64,000 nucleotides of DNA from Candidatus Rokuibacteriota bacterium (GTDB taxonomy: Bacteria > Methylomirabilota > Methylomirabilia > Rokubacteriales > CSP1-6). Below the pieces are notes generated by a model that worked only from the letters and a program-made list of their open reading frames with translations, was not told the DNA's origin and did not search any database. The DNA lies in contig QHSO01000031.1 of NCBI GenBank assembly GCA_003220475.1, positions 509-64,508 on the forward strand, given 5' to 3'. Position 1 is the first letter of the stretch; each line of letters opens with the position of its first letter. Shown here piece by piece: positions 1-9,667 of this stretch. A program made the translations under genes and the position numbers.

Positions 1-731
1 GACACGCCCTCATGCGCGATGAGCGACAGCGCCTGCGCCGGGCTCCATTCCGGCTGGCACACGAAGCAGCCGTCGATGGCGGCCATGCTCGTCAGCGCGT
101 GGATGCCCATGGTGTGGTAGAGCGGCATGACGCCGAGCGTGCGCTCCTGCCACGTGTAGCCGCATTGCACGACCTGGGCGACCGCCCCCGCGACGTGATT
201 GCGGTGCGTCCGCGGGACGCCTTTCGGCCGGCCGGTCGTGCCGGACGTATAAAGGATGAGCGAGAGGTCGCGGGCGGCGACGACCGGCAGCGCGCCGGGC
301 CGTGTCGCGCCCACCTCGTCGAACGCGATCGCGCCGGGTGGGCCGTCCTCGCCCACCGCGACGAGCTCCACGTCGACGCCGCGCGCCGCCTCGGCCAGCG
401 CCCCGGCCGTGGACGTCTCGCCGATCGCGACGCGCGCGCCCGAGTCATGCAGCACGTAGCGGAGCTCCGCCGGCGCGAGCCGGAAGTTCACCGGCGTCGG
501 CACGCCGCCGAGCAGCTGCAGCGCCCAGTAGCCCAGCACGTGCTCGAGGCGGTTGCGTAGCACCAGAAGCACGCGATCCCCGCGACCGACGCCGAGACGG
601 CGAAAGCCTTCGGCCAGCGCGCGCGCCCGCGCGGCGAGCTCGGCGTAGGTCAGCCGGCGCTCGCCGTCCACGACCGCGTCGGCGTGCGGGCGTCGGAGGG
701 CGGCGCGCTCGAGGACGGCGGCGAGCGTCAA
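1..731 (-). CDS. AMP-dependent acyl-CoA synthetase/ligase (N-terminal ~243 codons; 3' end lies beyond window start)
   Basis: Own minus-strand translation: MTLAAVLERAALRRPHADAVVDGERRLTYAEL...DLSLILYTSGTTGRPKGVPRTHRNH, with the AMP-binding motif at about 215-260. Absent from the ORF track because there is no stop in the window. TTG start 731..729 overlaps the upstream TGA (TTGA). Confidence 0.8.
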   Translation of the reverse strand, partial: MTLAAVLERAALRRPHADAVVDGERRLTYAELAARARALAEGFRRLGVGRGDRVLLVLRNRLEHVLGYWALQLLGGVPTPVNFRLAPAELRYVLHDSGARVAIGETSTAGALAEAARGVDVELVAVGEDGPPGAIAFDEVGATRPGALPVVAARDLSLILYTSGTTGRPKGVPRTHRNHVAGAVAQVVQCGYTWQERTLGVMPLYHTMGIHALTSMAAIDGCFVCQPEWSPAQALSLIAHEGV

Positions 732-1756
732 GGGACGAGCAGGACCTTGCCCTTGTTTCGGCGCTCGAGCACGTGTTGCACGGCGGGGCGTGCGTCCTTG
801 AGCGCGAAGGCGCGGTCGATCACCGGCGTCAGCCGCCCGGCCGCGACGTACTCGAGCACCGTGCGCAGCTCCGCGATCGAGCCGAGGTTGGTCCCGACGA
901 TCCTGAGATTCTTCGAATAGACGTGACGCAGGTCGAGCCGGCCCCAGTGCGTGTCGTGTGAGCCGATGGAGACGAGCATGCCGAGGCGGCTCAGCGCGTA
1001 GGACGAGCGCTCGAACGTCTCGCCGCCGATGTGCTCGACGACGACGTCGACGCCGCGCTTGCCCGTCCACCGCTTGGCCTCTTCGACGAAATCCTGCGTG
1101 CGGTAGTTGACGACGTGCTCGGCGCCGAGCCCGCGCGCGAACTCGATCTTGTCGTCGCTGCCGACGGTCGTCATCACCCGCGCGCCGACCAGCCGCGCGA
1201 TCTGGATGGCCGCGCTGCCGACACCGCTGCCCGCCGCCTGCACGAGCACCGTCTGGCCTGGACGCAGGTCGGCCTGCGCGATCAACGCATGCCACGAGGT
1301 GAGCATGGCCAGCGGCACCGCCGCGCCCGCCTCGAACGAGATCGAGCCCGGCAGCGGCAGGAGGTTCGCGGCCGGCGCCTTCACGAGCTCGGCGTACCCA
1401 CCGTCCTTGTGGGCGCCGAGGTAGCCGTAGCGCAGGCAGACCGTGCGCTCACCGCGCAGACAGAACTCGCACGTGCCGCACGAGAACCCGGGAAAGATCA
1501 CGACGCGCTCGCCCCGCGCGCGGCCGCTGACGCCCTCGCCGAGCGTCTCGATCGTGCCCGTCACCTCGCAGCCGTTGACGTGCGGCAGCCCTTCGGGCGG
1601 CGGAAAGCGGCCATCGAGCAGCAGCATGTCGACGTGATTGAGCGCGCACGCCTTGACGCGCACGACCACCTCTGCGGCCGCGGGCGCCGGATCCCGATAG
1701 TCGCCATACAGGATTTTGTCGCTGCCGCCGTGCTCCTTGAAGTACGCCGCCTTCAA
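728..1756 (-). CDS. Zn-dependent alcohol dehydrogenase / quinone oxidoreductase (MDR superfamily)
   Basis: Last 343 codons of ORF 728..2323: (M)KAAYFKEHGG..., GCEVTGTIETLG, CGTCEFCLRGERTVC, AAGSGVGSAAIQIA (Rossmann motif). TTG start at 1756 is preceded by GGAGG and overlaps the upstream stop as TTGA. Confidence 0.85.
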   Translation of the reverse strand: MKAAYFKEHGGSDKILYGDYRDPAPAAAEVVVRVKACALNHVDMLLLDGRFPPPEGLPHVNGCEVTGTIETLGEGVSGRARGERVVIFPGFSCGTCEFCLRGERTVCLRYGYLGAHKDGGYAELVKAPAANLLPLPGSISFEAGAAVPLAMLTSWHALIAQADLRPGQTVLVQAAGSGVGSAAIQIARLVGARVMTTVGSDDKIEFARGLGAEHVVNYRTQDFVEEAKRWTGKRGVDVVVEHIGGETFERSSYALSRLGMLVSIGSHDTHWGRLDLRHVYSKNLRIVGTNLGSIAELRTVLEYVAAGRLTPVIDRAFALKDARPAVQHVLERRNKGKVLLVP

Positions 1757-3063
1757 AACGGCACCTCCGTTCGCTCGTCCTTCACCCGTCGCGCCTTGTG
1801 GTCCCAGCGCGGCAGCGCGCCGGGCTCGGTGGCCTCGACGGTGACGCGGATGCCCAGGCCGACGCGCAGCGCCTCGCTCAGCTGGCGACAGAGCCCGTCG
1901 CACTCCGCGCGCGCGAGCGCCGGCGACGGATCGATGCGCACCACGATGTCGTCCAGCCCCTCGTGTCGCCGGAAGACGATCTGGAACTCGTCGACGCCCG
2001 AGAACGGCCGCACCAGCTCCTCGACGCGACGCGGGTACACGATGATGCCGCGCACCTTCTTCATATCGTCCAGGCGAGCCAGCACGCCGCCCTCGAGTGC
2101 CAGCAGCGTCCGCCCACATGGGCAGCGACGGTCGGCCAGCTGCACCACGTCGCGCGTGCGGTAGCGGATGAGCGGCATGGCCTTGCGATAGAGACTCGTG
2201 AACACGAGCTCGCCGCGCCCGCCCGGCCTCACCGGCTCGCCGGCCTCGTCGAGCACCTCGGGATAGCAGTAATCCTCGTTGACGTGCACGAGGCCGGAGC
2301 GCGCGTCGCACTCGAAGCCCCACGCGGCGATCTCGGTCAGGCCCGGCAGATCGTAGGCGCGAGATCCGAAGGCCGCCTCGATCTTCGCCTTGGTGGCGGG
2401 GATCGACGCGCCGGGCTCACCCGTGTGCCACGTGATGCGCACCTTGGTGTCCTTCGCGAGGTCGATCCCCTTCTTCGCCGCCTGCTCGGCGAGGAACAGC
2501 GCATACGACGGCGTGCAGCCGAGCACGGTGATCGGCCACGTCCGCAGGGCGTCGATGCGCTGCTCGGTCGACAGCCCGCCCGCGGGGAAGACGAGGCAGC
2601 CGAGATCCTGCGCGGCATAGAAGCCCGACCAGTAGCCGATCCACGGGCCATAGGAGAACGCCGCCATCACCATGTCGGCTTTGCGAACGCCGAACGCGTG
2701 CAGCGCGCGCGCGTAAGAGTGATAGAAGCCGTACCAGTCCTCGGCGGTGTCCAGAAATGCGAGCGGACGACCGGTCGTCGCCGAGGTCATGTGGATGCGC
2801 AGCACGTCCTCGAACGGCACCGCCAGCACGTCGCCCCACGGCGGCTTCGCCGCCTGGTTGTCCTTCAGCTCGTCCTTGGTCGTGAAGGGCAGGCGCGCCA
2901 GATCCTCGAGCGTCTTGACCGTCGGTGCACCCGCGAGCTTGCGACGATAGAACGGGCTGCGGGCGCGGGCATGCGCGACTTGCTGGCGCACCCTCCGCGC
3001 CTGGAGCCGTCGCATGTCGGCGCGCGACGCGCGCTCGAGTCGCGGCTCGAGGTAGCGCGCCAC
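1753..3063 (-). CDS. phenylacetate-CoA ligase-like adenylate-forming enzyme (PaaK / coenzyme F390 synthetase family)
   Basis: 436-aa ORF with family-typical LPFTTKDELKDN, IHMTSATTGRPL, VLGCTPSYALFLAE, WHTGEPG and KKVRGIIVYP segments. Confidence 0.8.
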   Translation of the reverse strand: MARYLEPRLERASRADMRRLQARRVRQQVAHARARSPFYRRKLAGAPTVKTLEDLARLPFTTKDELKDNQAAKPPWGDVLAVPFEDVLRIHMTSATTGRPLAFLDTAEDWYGFYHSYARALHAFGVRKADMVMAAFSYGPWIGYWSGFYAAQDLGCLVFPAGGLSTEQRIDALRTWPITVLGCTPSYALFLAEQAAKKGIDLAKDTKVRITWHTGEPGASIPATKAKIEAAFGSRAYDLPGLTEIAAWGFECDARSGLVHVNEDYCYPEVLDEAGEPVRPGGRGELVFTSLYRKAMPLIRYRTRDVVQLADRRCPCGRTLLALEGGVLARLDDMKKVRGIIVYPRRVEELVRPFSGVDEFQIVFRRHEGLDDIVVRIDPSPALARAECDGLCRQLSEALRVGLGIRVTVEATEPGALPRWDHKARRVKDERTEVPF

Positions 3064-3066
3064 CGA

Positions 3067-3507
3067 CTACTTGCCTTGCAGCAGCTCGGACATCTTGCGG
3101 AAGAACTTGTCGGCCAGCATCTTCGACACACCGCCAAGCATGCGCTGGCCGACCGACGCGATCAGCCCGCCGACCTGGACGTCGGCGCTGTAGGCAACCC
3201 GCGTGCCGTTGTCGGCGTCGCTGAGCTTGATCAAGGTCTCCCCGCGGATGAAGCCGGGACCGCCGCTGCCTTCCACCGCCATCTTGTAAGACTCGGGGGG
3301 CTTCTTCTCGGTCAGCCGCACCTTGCCCTCGAAGGTGCCCTTCACGCCGCCGACGCCGACCTTCATCGTGGCCTTGTATTCGTCCGGACCGATGGCCTCG
3401 AGCTTTTCACAGCCCGGAATCGCCTGTTTGAGCCTCGCGGGATCGAGAAATGCGTCCCACACGGTCTGACGGGGCGCGGGGACCTCGTACGAGCCTTCGA
3501 GCTTCAT
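3067..3507 (-). CDS. SRPBCC-fold CoxG family protein (CO dehydrogenase subunit G-like)
   Basis: MKLEGSYEVPAPRQTVWDAFLDPARLKQAIPGCEKLE...GGLIASVGQRMLGGVSKMLADKFF is typical CoxG. ATG at 3507 is preceded by GGAGAG; the longer track ORF (to 3600) is probably over-extended. Confidence 0.8.
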   Translation of the reverse strand: MKLEGSYEVPAPRQTVWDAFLDPARLKQAIPGCEKLEAIGPDEYKATMKVGVGGVKGTFEGKVRLTEKKPPESYKMAVEGSGGPGFIRGETLIKLSDADNGTRVAYSADVQVGGLIASVGQRMLGGVSKMLADKFFRKMSELLQGK

Positions 3508-3624
3508 GCGGCGACTCTCCTTTTGGCCGGTCTGACGGACGCGGGCTCGAATCGTACCACGGGCATGCGCGTTGCAGCCTACCGCGACGGTCGAAACCAC
3601 ACCCCACAGGGAGGATCGTAGGCG

Positions 3625-3921
3625 ATGAAGAAATTGCTATCGGGCCTCTGCGCGCTCGCGCTGGCAGGCGGGATGACGGTCGCGTGCAATCGCACGGAGA
3701 CCGAGCGAGTCGGCAGCACGCCGGAGCGTCCGAGCCCGTCGGCGTCGCCGGCCACACCGCGCTCGTCGGACACGACGACGAGCTCCAGCACAACGACGAA
3801 GTCGACCGACACCACCGCGACGTCGCCGTCGACGAGTGGAAGCGCATCGGGCAGCGTCAGCGGTTCGGCGACGACCTCGCCGAGCGGCAGCAGCAGTTCC
3901 ACCAGCACCAGCACGAAGTAA
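3625..3921 (+). CDS. secreted or lipoprotein-like Ser/Thr-rich low-complexity protein
   Basis: GGGAGG Shine-Dalgarno 7 nt upstream of the ATG. N-terminal signal MKKLLSGLCALALAGGMTVAC, then about 75 residues that are almost entirely S/T/P/G/A. Confidence 0.55.
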   Translation: MKKLLSGLCALALAGGMTVACNRTETERVGSTPERPSPSASPATPRSSDTTTSSSTTTKSTDTTATSPSTSGSASGSVSGSATTSPSGSSSSTSTSTK

Positions 3922-3969
3922 CGGTCGCGGCGCCGGCGCGTCCGGGCTCTGCCTCGATGCGTCGGCGCC

Positions 3970-4872
3970 TCACCCGCCCCACGTCGCGCGACCCGCGATC
4001 AGCGTCGCGATGCGATCGGCCGCGACCGGCGTCTCGACGACGAGCCGACCCTCGTCAGGCTTGCACGCCCTGACGCGCGCGATGCCCAGTGTCTCGCCCG
4101 CGCTGCCGAGGACACCGAGCAGCCGTCCTGGTTCGACGTCGGCGACGGCGGTGCCGCGGCGGTCCCTCAGCGGAATGCGCGCGGTGTCGAGCTCGATGGT
4201 CGCGGCGCGCGCGAGGTAATCGCGCAGGATCCGCTCGCGGTGCTCGCGGCGACGCGCCGCCGTTCGGCGGACGACGGCCGACGACGGCACCAGGCGGACG
4301 ACGCGCGGGCGTGCCCCGCCACTCTCGAGCGCGCGCGCAATCGGCTCGCTCTCGTCCCGCCGCTGCAGCACGAGGACCAGATCGGGATCGACGGCGCGGA
4401 TCTTCGCGCGCTTGAGGGCGAGGCCGAGCGGCCCTTCGACCAGGCCACCGGTGTCGACGAGGACGCGCTCGAAGCCGGCGCTCAGCGCGCGGCGCACGAG
4501 CCGTCCCGTCGCCTCCGCCGTCTCACGGATGTAGCGCACCGGCGAGGTGTCGCCGACGAACTCGAGTGCGAGCACCTCGGCGTCCGCAAGCCGCGCGAGC
4601 TCGCCCGTCACCCGGCCGAGACCGACGGTGGTCGGTGGGCCGATCTCCGACTGCCCGACGTCGGCGTCCACGACGGCCACGCGGTCGCCGCGCGCAGCGA
4701 GCGCTCCGGCCAGGCGCGCGGCGAGCGAGGTCTTGCCGGTGTCGCTGGTGCCGAGAATCAGCGTGACGCGCGCCTCCGCCGCCACCTCGAGCGCCGGATC
4801 GAGGGGCGTCACGGCTGGGCCGGGACGCCCCGAGCGCTGGGGGGTTTGGGGGGCCATTTCGGGGCCCCCCAA
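3970..4872 (-). CDS. Clp1/Grc3-family P-loop polynucleotide kinase-like protein
   Basis: Walker A ILGTSDTGKTS followed by VVDADVGQSEIGPP, which matches the Clp1 DxDxGQ signature. Start (TTG 4872 or ATG 4857) lies 1 nt after the aminotransferase stop. Confidence 0.6.
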   Translation of the reverse strand: MGGPEMAPQTPQRSGRPGPAVTPLDPALEVAAEARVTLILGTSDTGKTSLAARLAGALAARGDRVAVVDADVGQSEIGPPTTVGLGRVTGELARLADAEVLALEFVGDTSPVRYIRETAEATGRLVRRALSAGFERVLVDTGGLVEGPLGLALKRAKIRAVDPDLVLVLQRRDESEPIARALESGGARPRVVRLVPSSAVVRRTAARRREHRERILRDYLARAATIELDTARIPLRDRRGTAVADVEPGRLLGVLGSAGETLGIARVRACKPDEGRLVVETPVAADRIATLIAGRATWGG

Positions 4873-4873
4873 C

Positions 4874-6073
4874 TCAGCTGACGGTCGCGATCGCGGCCTT
4901 CATCCGCGCGAGGCCCTCGGTGATGAGGGCATCGCTCGTCGCGTACGAGAGCCGGACGTGGGCGTCGGAGCCGAAGTCGAGGCCGGGGACGACGGCGACG
5001 CGCGCCGCCTCGAGCAGGAAGCCGGTGACGTCGAGCGAGCCCTTCAGCGTCGTCCGCGTCTGGCCGTGCGTCCACGTGCGGCCGAACAGGCCGGAGACGT
5101 TCGCGAAGGCGTAGAACGCGCCCTTCGGCATCACGCACGACATGCCGGGCAGCGCATTGAGACCGGCGATGATCAGACGCCGCCGGCGGTCGAACTCGCC
5201 TGCCATCTTTGCGACGTCGTCCTGCGGCCCCGACAGCGCCTCGACGGCGGCCCACTGAGCGATCGACGACGGGTTGGACGTCACCTGGCTCTGCACGTCC
5301 GTCATCGCGCGGATGACGTCGCGTGGGCCGGCGGCGTAGCCGATGCGCCAGCCGGTCATCGCGTAAGCCTTCGAGCACGTGTTGACGACGAGCGTGCGCG
5401 CCTTGACCTCCGGCCCCAACGACGCAATCGACACGTGACGGCCGTCGAAGGTCAGCGACTCGTAGCACTCGTCGGAGACGAGCCAGAGCCCGTGCTCGAC
5501 GGCCAACCGCGCCACCGTCTCGAGCGCCGCGCGCGAGAAGACGGCGCCCGTCGGGTTGTTCGGGCTGTTGAGCACGATCAGCTTCGTGCGTGGTGTGATC
5601 GCGTCGCGCACGCGCGCGGGATCCAGATCGAAGCCCGACGCCTCGCGGGTCTCGACGGGCACCGGCACGGCGTCCAGCAGTCGCGCCTGCTCGGGATATG
5701 AGACCCAGAACGGGCTCGGCACGACCACCTCGTCGCCGGGATTCAGTAGCGCGGTGGCGATGTTGTACAGCGTGTGCTTGGCGCCGCACGAGACCAGGAT
5801 CTCCGCCGGGGTGTAGTCCAGTCCCTGGTCGCGCTTGAGCTTGGCGCAGACCGCGGCGCGCAGCTCGGGAATGCCGCCGACCTCGGTGTATTTCGTCTGG
5901 CCGCGCCGCATCGCCTGCACGGCCGCGTCCTTGATGCGCTCGGGCGTGTCGAAGTCGGGCTCGCCGGCCCCGAACGAGATCACGTCGACACCGCGGGCCC
6001 GCAGCTCGCGCGCCTTGGCCTGCACCGCGAGCGTCGAGGACGGCGCCAGCGTCTTGAGTCGGTCGGCCAGCAT
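4874..6073 (-). CDS. class I PLP-dependent aminotransferase (aspartate aminotransferase type)
   Basis: 399 aa: ISFGAGEPDFDTP, LNSPNNPTG, and the PLP-lysine motif CSKAYAMTGWRIGY. Confidence 0.9.
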   Translation of the reverse strand: MLADRLKTLAPSSTLAVQAKARELRARGVDVISFGAGEPDFDTPERIKDAAVQAMRRGQTKYTEVGGIPELRAAVCAKLKRDQGLDYTPAEILVSCGAKHTLYNIATALLNPGDEVVVPSPFWVSYPEQARLLDAVPVPVETREASGFDLDPARVRDAITPRTKLIVLNSPNNPTGAVFSRAALETVARLAVEHGLWLVSDECYESLTFDGRHVSIASLGPEVKARTLVVNTCSKAYAMTGWRIGYAAGPRDVIRAMTDVQSQVTSNPSSIAQWAAVEALSGPQDDVAKMAGEFDRRRRLIIAGLNALPGMSCVMPKGAFYAFANVSGLFGRTWTHGQTRTTLKGSLDVTGFLLEAARVAVVPGLDFGSDAHVRLSYATSDALITEGLARMKAAIATVS

Positions 6074-6095
6074 CAGGGGGCGCCCGGAGCCCCGA

Positions 6096-6590
6096 TCATT
6101 TCAGCGGGAATCGCTCGGTGAGCCGCTTTTCGACGACGGGCGGCACCATGCCCGCGACGGACGTTCCAAAGCTCGCGACCTCTTTGATCAGCCGCGAAGC
6201 GATGTAGGTGTACTTCTCGTGCGGCATGAGGAACACCGTTTCGACCGTCGAGCGCAGCTTGCGGTTCATGAGCGCCATCTGGAACTCGTACTCGAAGTCC
6301 GAGACGGCGCGGATGCCGCGCACGATGCAATCGGCGCGCTCGCGAGCCACGAGGTCGATGAGCAGGCCGTCGAACGAGACGATGCGCAGGTGGGGACCGA
6401 CGCCGAGATTGGTTGTCGCCTCGTCGATCATCTCGAGTCGCTCCTCGACGGTGAAGAGCGGCTGCTTGGAGGGGTTGGCCACGACGGCCACGATCACCTC
6501 GTCGAAGATCGCGAGGCTGCGCTGGATGACGTCGACGTGGCCGTTGTGCAGCGGATCGAACATCCCGGGATAGACGGCACGCTTGGCCAC
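6096..6590 (-). CDS. coaD: phosphopantetheine adenylyltransferase
   Basis: AVYPGMFDPLHNGHVDVIQRS...RGIRAVSDFEYEFQMALMNR. GTG start at 6590 is preceded by GAGGGTGA. Confidence 0.92.
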   Translation of the reverse strand: MAKRAVYPGMFDPLHNGHVDVIQRSLAIFDEVIVAVVANPSKQPLFTVEERLEMIDEATTNLGVGPHLRIVSFDGLLIDLVARERADCIVRGIRAVSDFEYEFQMALMNRKLRSTVETVFLMPHEKYTYIASRLIKEVASFGTSVAGMVPPVVEKRLTERFPLK

Positions 6591-6594
6591 TCGA

Positions 6595-7214
6595 TCACCC
6601 TCGCTCGGTCGCGGCGTTGGACGTCGCATCGTAGCCGCCCGCTCGAAAGAAAGTCAAGGCGCCGAGCCCGCCCTTCGCCCGCATCACGTCCCGGAGCCGT
6701 TCGCGATCCTGCGCCGGCCACCGCGCGAGATCGGGAATCAAGCCGACCCGCGTCGCCAGCGATGCTGCGCGACCACCACCGCGCCGCCGCCGAGCAGCTC
6801 GGCGCCGCCGAGCGCGTCGAGCGTGCTCGCGACGTCATCGCCCTCGTACGGCGGATCGAGGAACACGACGTCGAATCGCTCGGCCTCGCGCCGCAGCGTC
6901 TGGAGCGCGCGCCGCACGTCGCCCCGGACGACGCGCGCCGCGCGCTCGACGCCGAGGCCGGTGACGTTCGCGCGCAGCGCCTGCACGGCCCGCGCGTCGC
7001 GCTCGACGAACGTGGCGTGGGCGGCGCCGCGCGACAATGCCTCCAGTCCCACGCCACCCGCGCCGGCGAACAGGTCGAGCACGCGCGCCTCGGGCAGCCA
7101 CGGCATCAACGCATCGAGCAGCGCGATCCGGACCTGATCGGCGGTTGGGCGCGTCGTCTCGCCGCGCGGCGTCGTGAGCCGGCGGCCTTTGTACGCGCCC
7201 GCGATGATCCGCAC
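6595..7214 (-). CDS. rsmD: 16S rRNA (guanine966-N2)-methyltransferase RsmD, reading frame interrupted near 6750-6765
   Basis: (V)RIIAGAYKGRRL, DLFAGAGGVGLEALSRGA and VFLDPPY motifs. The in-frame ORF stops at 6738, but a high-GC3 continuation in another frame (...RAKGGLGALTFFRAGGY...) ends at TGA 6597..6595, directly in front of the coaD start. Confidence 0.75.
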
Positions 7215-7215
7215 C

Positions 7216-9315
7216 TCAGCCGACGCTCGCGAGATCGAGCTTGCCGCGCCAGCGCGTGAGCAGCGCCTGCCGCAGGCCACGCTGCGCCGGCTGCCGAAGC
7301 TCGGGATCCTCCGCGGTGATCGTCTGCGCCTCGCGGCGCGCCTCCTCGAGGATCGCGGCATCGCGCAGCAGGTCGGCGACCCGGAACTCCGGCAAGCCGG
7401 ACTGCCGTGTGCCGAAGAACTCGCCGGGACCGCGCAGCTGCAGGTCGACCTCCGCGATCTTGAAGCCGTCGTTGGTCTCGACCATCGCCGCCACGCGGCG
7501 CTCGGCGTCCTCGCCGAGACGGCCGCTCGTGAGCAGGATGCAGTACGACTTCCAGGGCCCGCGGCCGACGCGGCCGCGCAGCTGGTGAAGCTGCGACAGT
7601 CCGAAGCGCTCGGCGTGCTCGATCAGCATGACGGAGGCATTCGGGACGTCGATGCCGACCTCGATCACGGTCGTGGCCACCAGCACGTGGATGGCGCCGG
7701 CCTTGAACGACCGCATGATCGCGTCCTTGTCCTCGCTCGCCAGGCGGCCGTGCAAGAGCCCGACGACGAGCTCGGGAAACACCTCGCGTTGCAGCTGCTG
7801 CGCCATGTCCGTGGCCGCTTTGAGATCAACCAGCTCGGACTCCTCGACGAGCGGGTAGACGACGTACACTTGCCGGCCGTCCGCGATCTGCTCGCGCAGG
7901 AAGGCGTAGATCGCGGCGCGCTTGCTCTCGGTGCGAGCGACGGTCGTGACGGGCTTGCGGCCCGGCGGCAGCTCGTCGATGACGCTCACGTCGAGATCGC
8001 CGTAGAGCGTGAGCGCGAGCGTGCGCGGAATCGGCGTGGCGGTCATCACGAGCACGTCGGGCCGCTCGCCCTTGCCCTTCAGGCGCGCCCGCTGGTGGAC
8101 GCCGAAGCGATGCTGCTCGTCCACGACGGCGAGACCGAGCCGCCGGAACTCGACCGACTCCTGCACCAGGGCATGGGTGCCGATGACGCAGCCGATCTCG
8201 CCGCTCGCGATCGCCGCGCGGCGGGTCGCACGCTCTTTCGCTTTCAGCCCCGACGTCAGCAGGGTCACCTTGATGCCGAGCGGCTCCAGCAGCCGGCGGA
8301 ACGTCGCGAGGTGCTGCTCGGCGAGAATCTCCGTCGGCGCCATGACCGCCGCCTGGTAGCCCGCCTCCACCGCCGCGCACACGGCGAGCGCGGCGACCAC
8401 GGTCTTGCCCGAGCCGACGTCGCCCTGCAGCAGGCGATGCATCGGATACGGCGCCGCCATGTCGCCGCGGATGTCGTCCCACACGCGCTCCTGCGCCGGC
8501 GTCAGCGCAAACGGCAGGCTCGCCCGCAGCCGCGCGAGGAGCTCGCCGCGCGGGCGCATCGACACCCCCCGCTGCCGCGTCGTGCGCGAGCGGAGGATCG
8601 CGAAGCCGAGCTGAAGGAGCAGGAAGTCGTCGAAGGCCAGGCGCCGGAGCGCGGCGACGCGCTCGGCTTCGCTCGCGGGAAAGTGAGCGCCGCGCAGGGC
8701 ATCGGCCAGCGGCGCGAGATGGCGGCGCGCACGCACAGCGTCGGGCAACGTCTCGTCCACCTCGTGCGCGTGCGCCTCGACGAGACGCCAGAGCAGCGAG
8801 CGCAGCGCCTGCTGCGGCAGCCCCTCGGTGGTCGAGTACACGGGCACGAGCGCGCCGGCGTGGATCGGCTCGTCGTCGCCCGCGTCGACCGTCTCCCATT
8901 CCTGAACGTGCAGGCTGATCTTGTCCTTGTAGCGCGCGCCGCGGCCGTGCACGATCAGCCGCTGCCCGCGCTGCACGGCGCGGGCGACCCACGGCCGCCC
9001 GAAGACGGTGGCGGTGCCATAGCCGCTCTCGTCACGAAGCACGATGGCCAGCGGCTGTCGGTGGCGACCGGGCGGCGGCGGACTGAGGCCGATCACCACG
9101 CCCGAACACGTCGCGACCTCGCCCGGGCGGAGCGCGCGCAGCGGTGTGAAGCGCGTGCGGTCCTCGTGGCGCAGTGGCAGGTGGAAGAGCGCGTCGCCGA
9201 CGGTGGTGAGGCCTTTCTTCGCCAATTGGGTGGCACGCTGCGGCCCCACGCCCTTCACGTACTGCAGCGGCGTGCCGAGGCCGACGGGCGCGCGCGTTTG
9301 CCGCGTCTCGGTCAT
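7216..9315 (-). CDS. recG: ATP-dependent DNA helicase RecG
   Basis: 720-aa ORF with GDVGSGKT (Walker A), DEQHRFG and [12 protein letters not shown] helicase motifs. Start at ATG 9315 (MTETRQ) is preferred over 9378. Confidence 0.93.
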   Translation of the reverse strand: MTETRQTRAPVGLGTPLQYVKGVGPQRATQLAKKGLTTVGDALFHLPLRHEDRTRFTPLRALRPGEVATCSGVVIGLSPPPPGRHRQPLAIVLRDESGYGTATVFGRPWVARAVQRGQRLIVHGRGARYKDKISLHVQEWETVDAGDDEPIHAGALVPVYSTTEGLPQQALRSLLWRLVEAHAHEVDETLPDAVRARRHLAPLADALRGAHFPASEAERVAALRRLAFDDFLLLQLGFAILRSRTTRQRGVSMRPRGELLARLRASLPFALTPAQERVWDDIRGDMAAPYPMHRLLQGDVGSGKTVVAALAVCAAVEAGYQAAVMAPTEILAEQHLATFRRLLEPLGIKVTLLTSGLKAKERATRRAAIASGEIGCVIGTHALVQESVEFRRLGLAVVDEQHRFGVHQRARLKGKGERPDVLVMTATPIPRTLALTLYGDLDVSVIDELPPGRKPVTTVARTESKRAAIYAFLREQIADGRQVYVVYPLVEESELVDLKAATDMAQQLQREVFPELVVGLLHGRLASEDKDAIMRSFKAGAIHVLVATTVIEVGIDVPNASVMLIEHAERFGLSQLHQLRGRVGRGPWKSYCILLTSGRLGEDAERRVAAMVETNDGFKIAEVDLQLRGPGEFFGTRQSGLPEFRVADLLRDAAILEEARREAQTITAEDPELRQPAQRGLRQALLTRWRGKLDLASVG

Positions 9316-9392
9316 CGTGTTATAAAACCTGCTGGTTCCGAGCCGTTCGCGATCCGCCCCAGGCGATCCGTAATGCAATTCGAGGAGTGATC

Positions 9393-9584
9393 ATGGCTCA
9401 GCGGTGTGATGTCTGCGGCAAAGGCCCTTCGGTCGGCAACTCGATCAGTCACGCTCACAAGCTGACGCGTCGCCGCTGGCTCCCGAATCTCGTGGCCATG
9501 CGCGCGCTGGTCGGCGGCCGCGCGAAACGCGTGCGCGTCTGCACGCGCTGTCTGAAGGCGGGCAAAGTCACGAAGGTCATTTAA
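9393..9584 (+). CDS. rpmB: 50S ribosomal protein L28
   Basis: [33 protein letters not shown]..., with GAGGAG Shine-Dalgarno upstream. Confidence 0.93.
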   Translation: MAQRCDVCGKGPSVGNSISHAHKLTRRRWLPNLVAMRALVGGRAKRVRVCTRCLKAGKVTKVI

Positions 9585-9587
9585 GCA

Positions 9588-9620
9588 CAGACGGGAGGGG
9601 GGTCGGCCCCCTCCCGTCTG
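9588..9620. terminator. 14-bp perfect GC-rich hairpin between convergent transcription units
   Basis: CAGACGGGAGGGGG (9588-9601), loop GTCGG, CCCCCTCCCGTCTG (9607-9620). A second imperfect hairpin lies at about 9624-9650. There is no U-tract. Confidence 0.6.
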
Positions 9621-9667
9621 GTGACTGGTGGAGGGCCGCGACCCCCCACCGGTGACTGATAACGTCC

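Noticed and set aside
7174-9390. 738-aa plus-strand ORF antisense to recG. Similar cases: 11707..13746 antisense to relA, 42459..44699 antisense to xoxF, 46532..48364 antisense to coxA, and 57683..61679 antisense to the SBP genes.
   Set aside because: Same shadow-ORF phenomenon. The opposite strand carries well-conserved genes.
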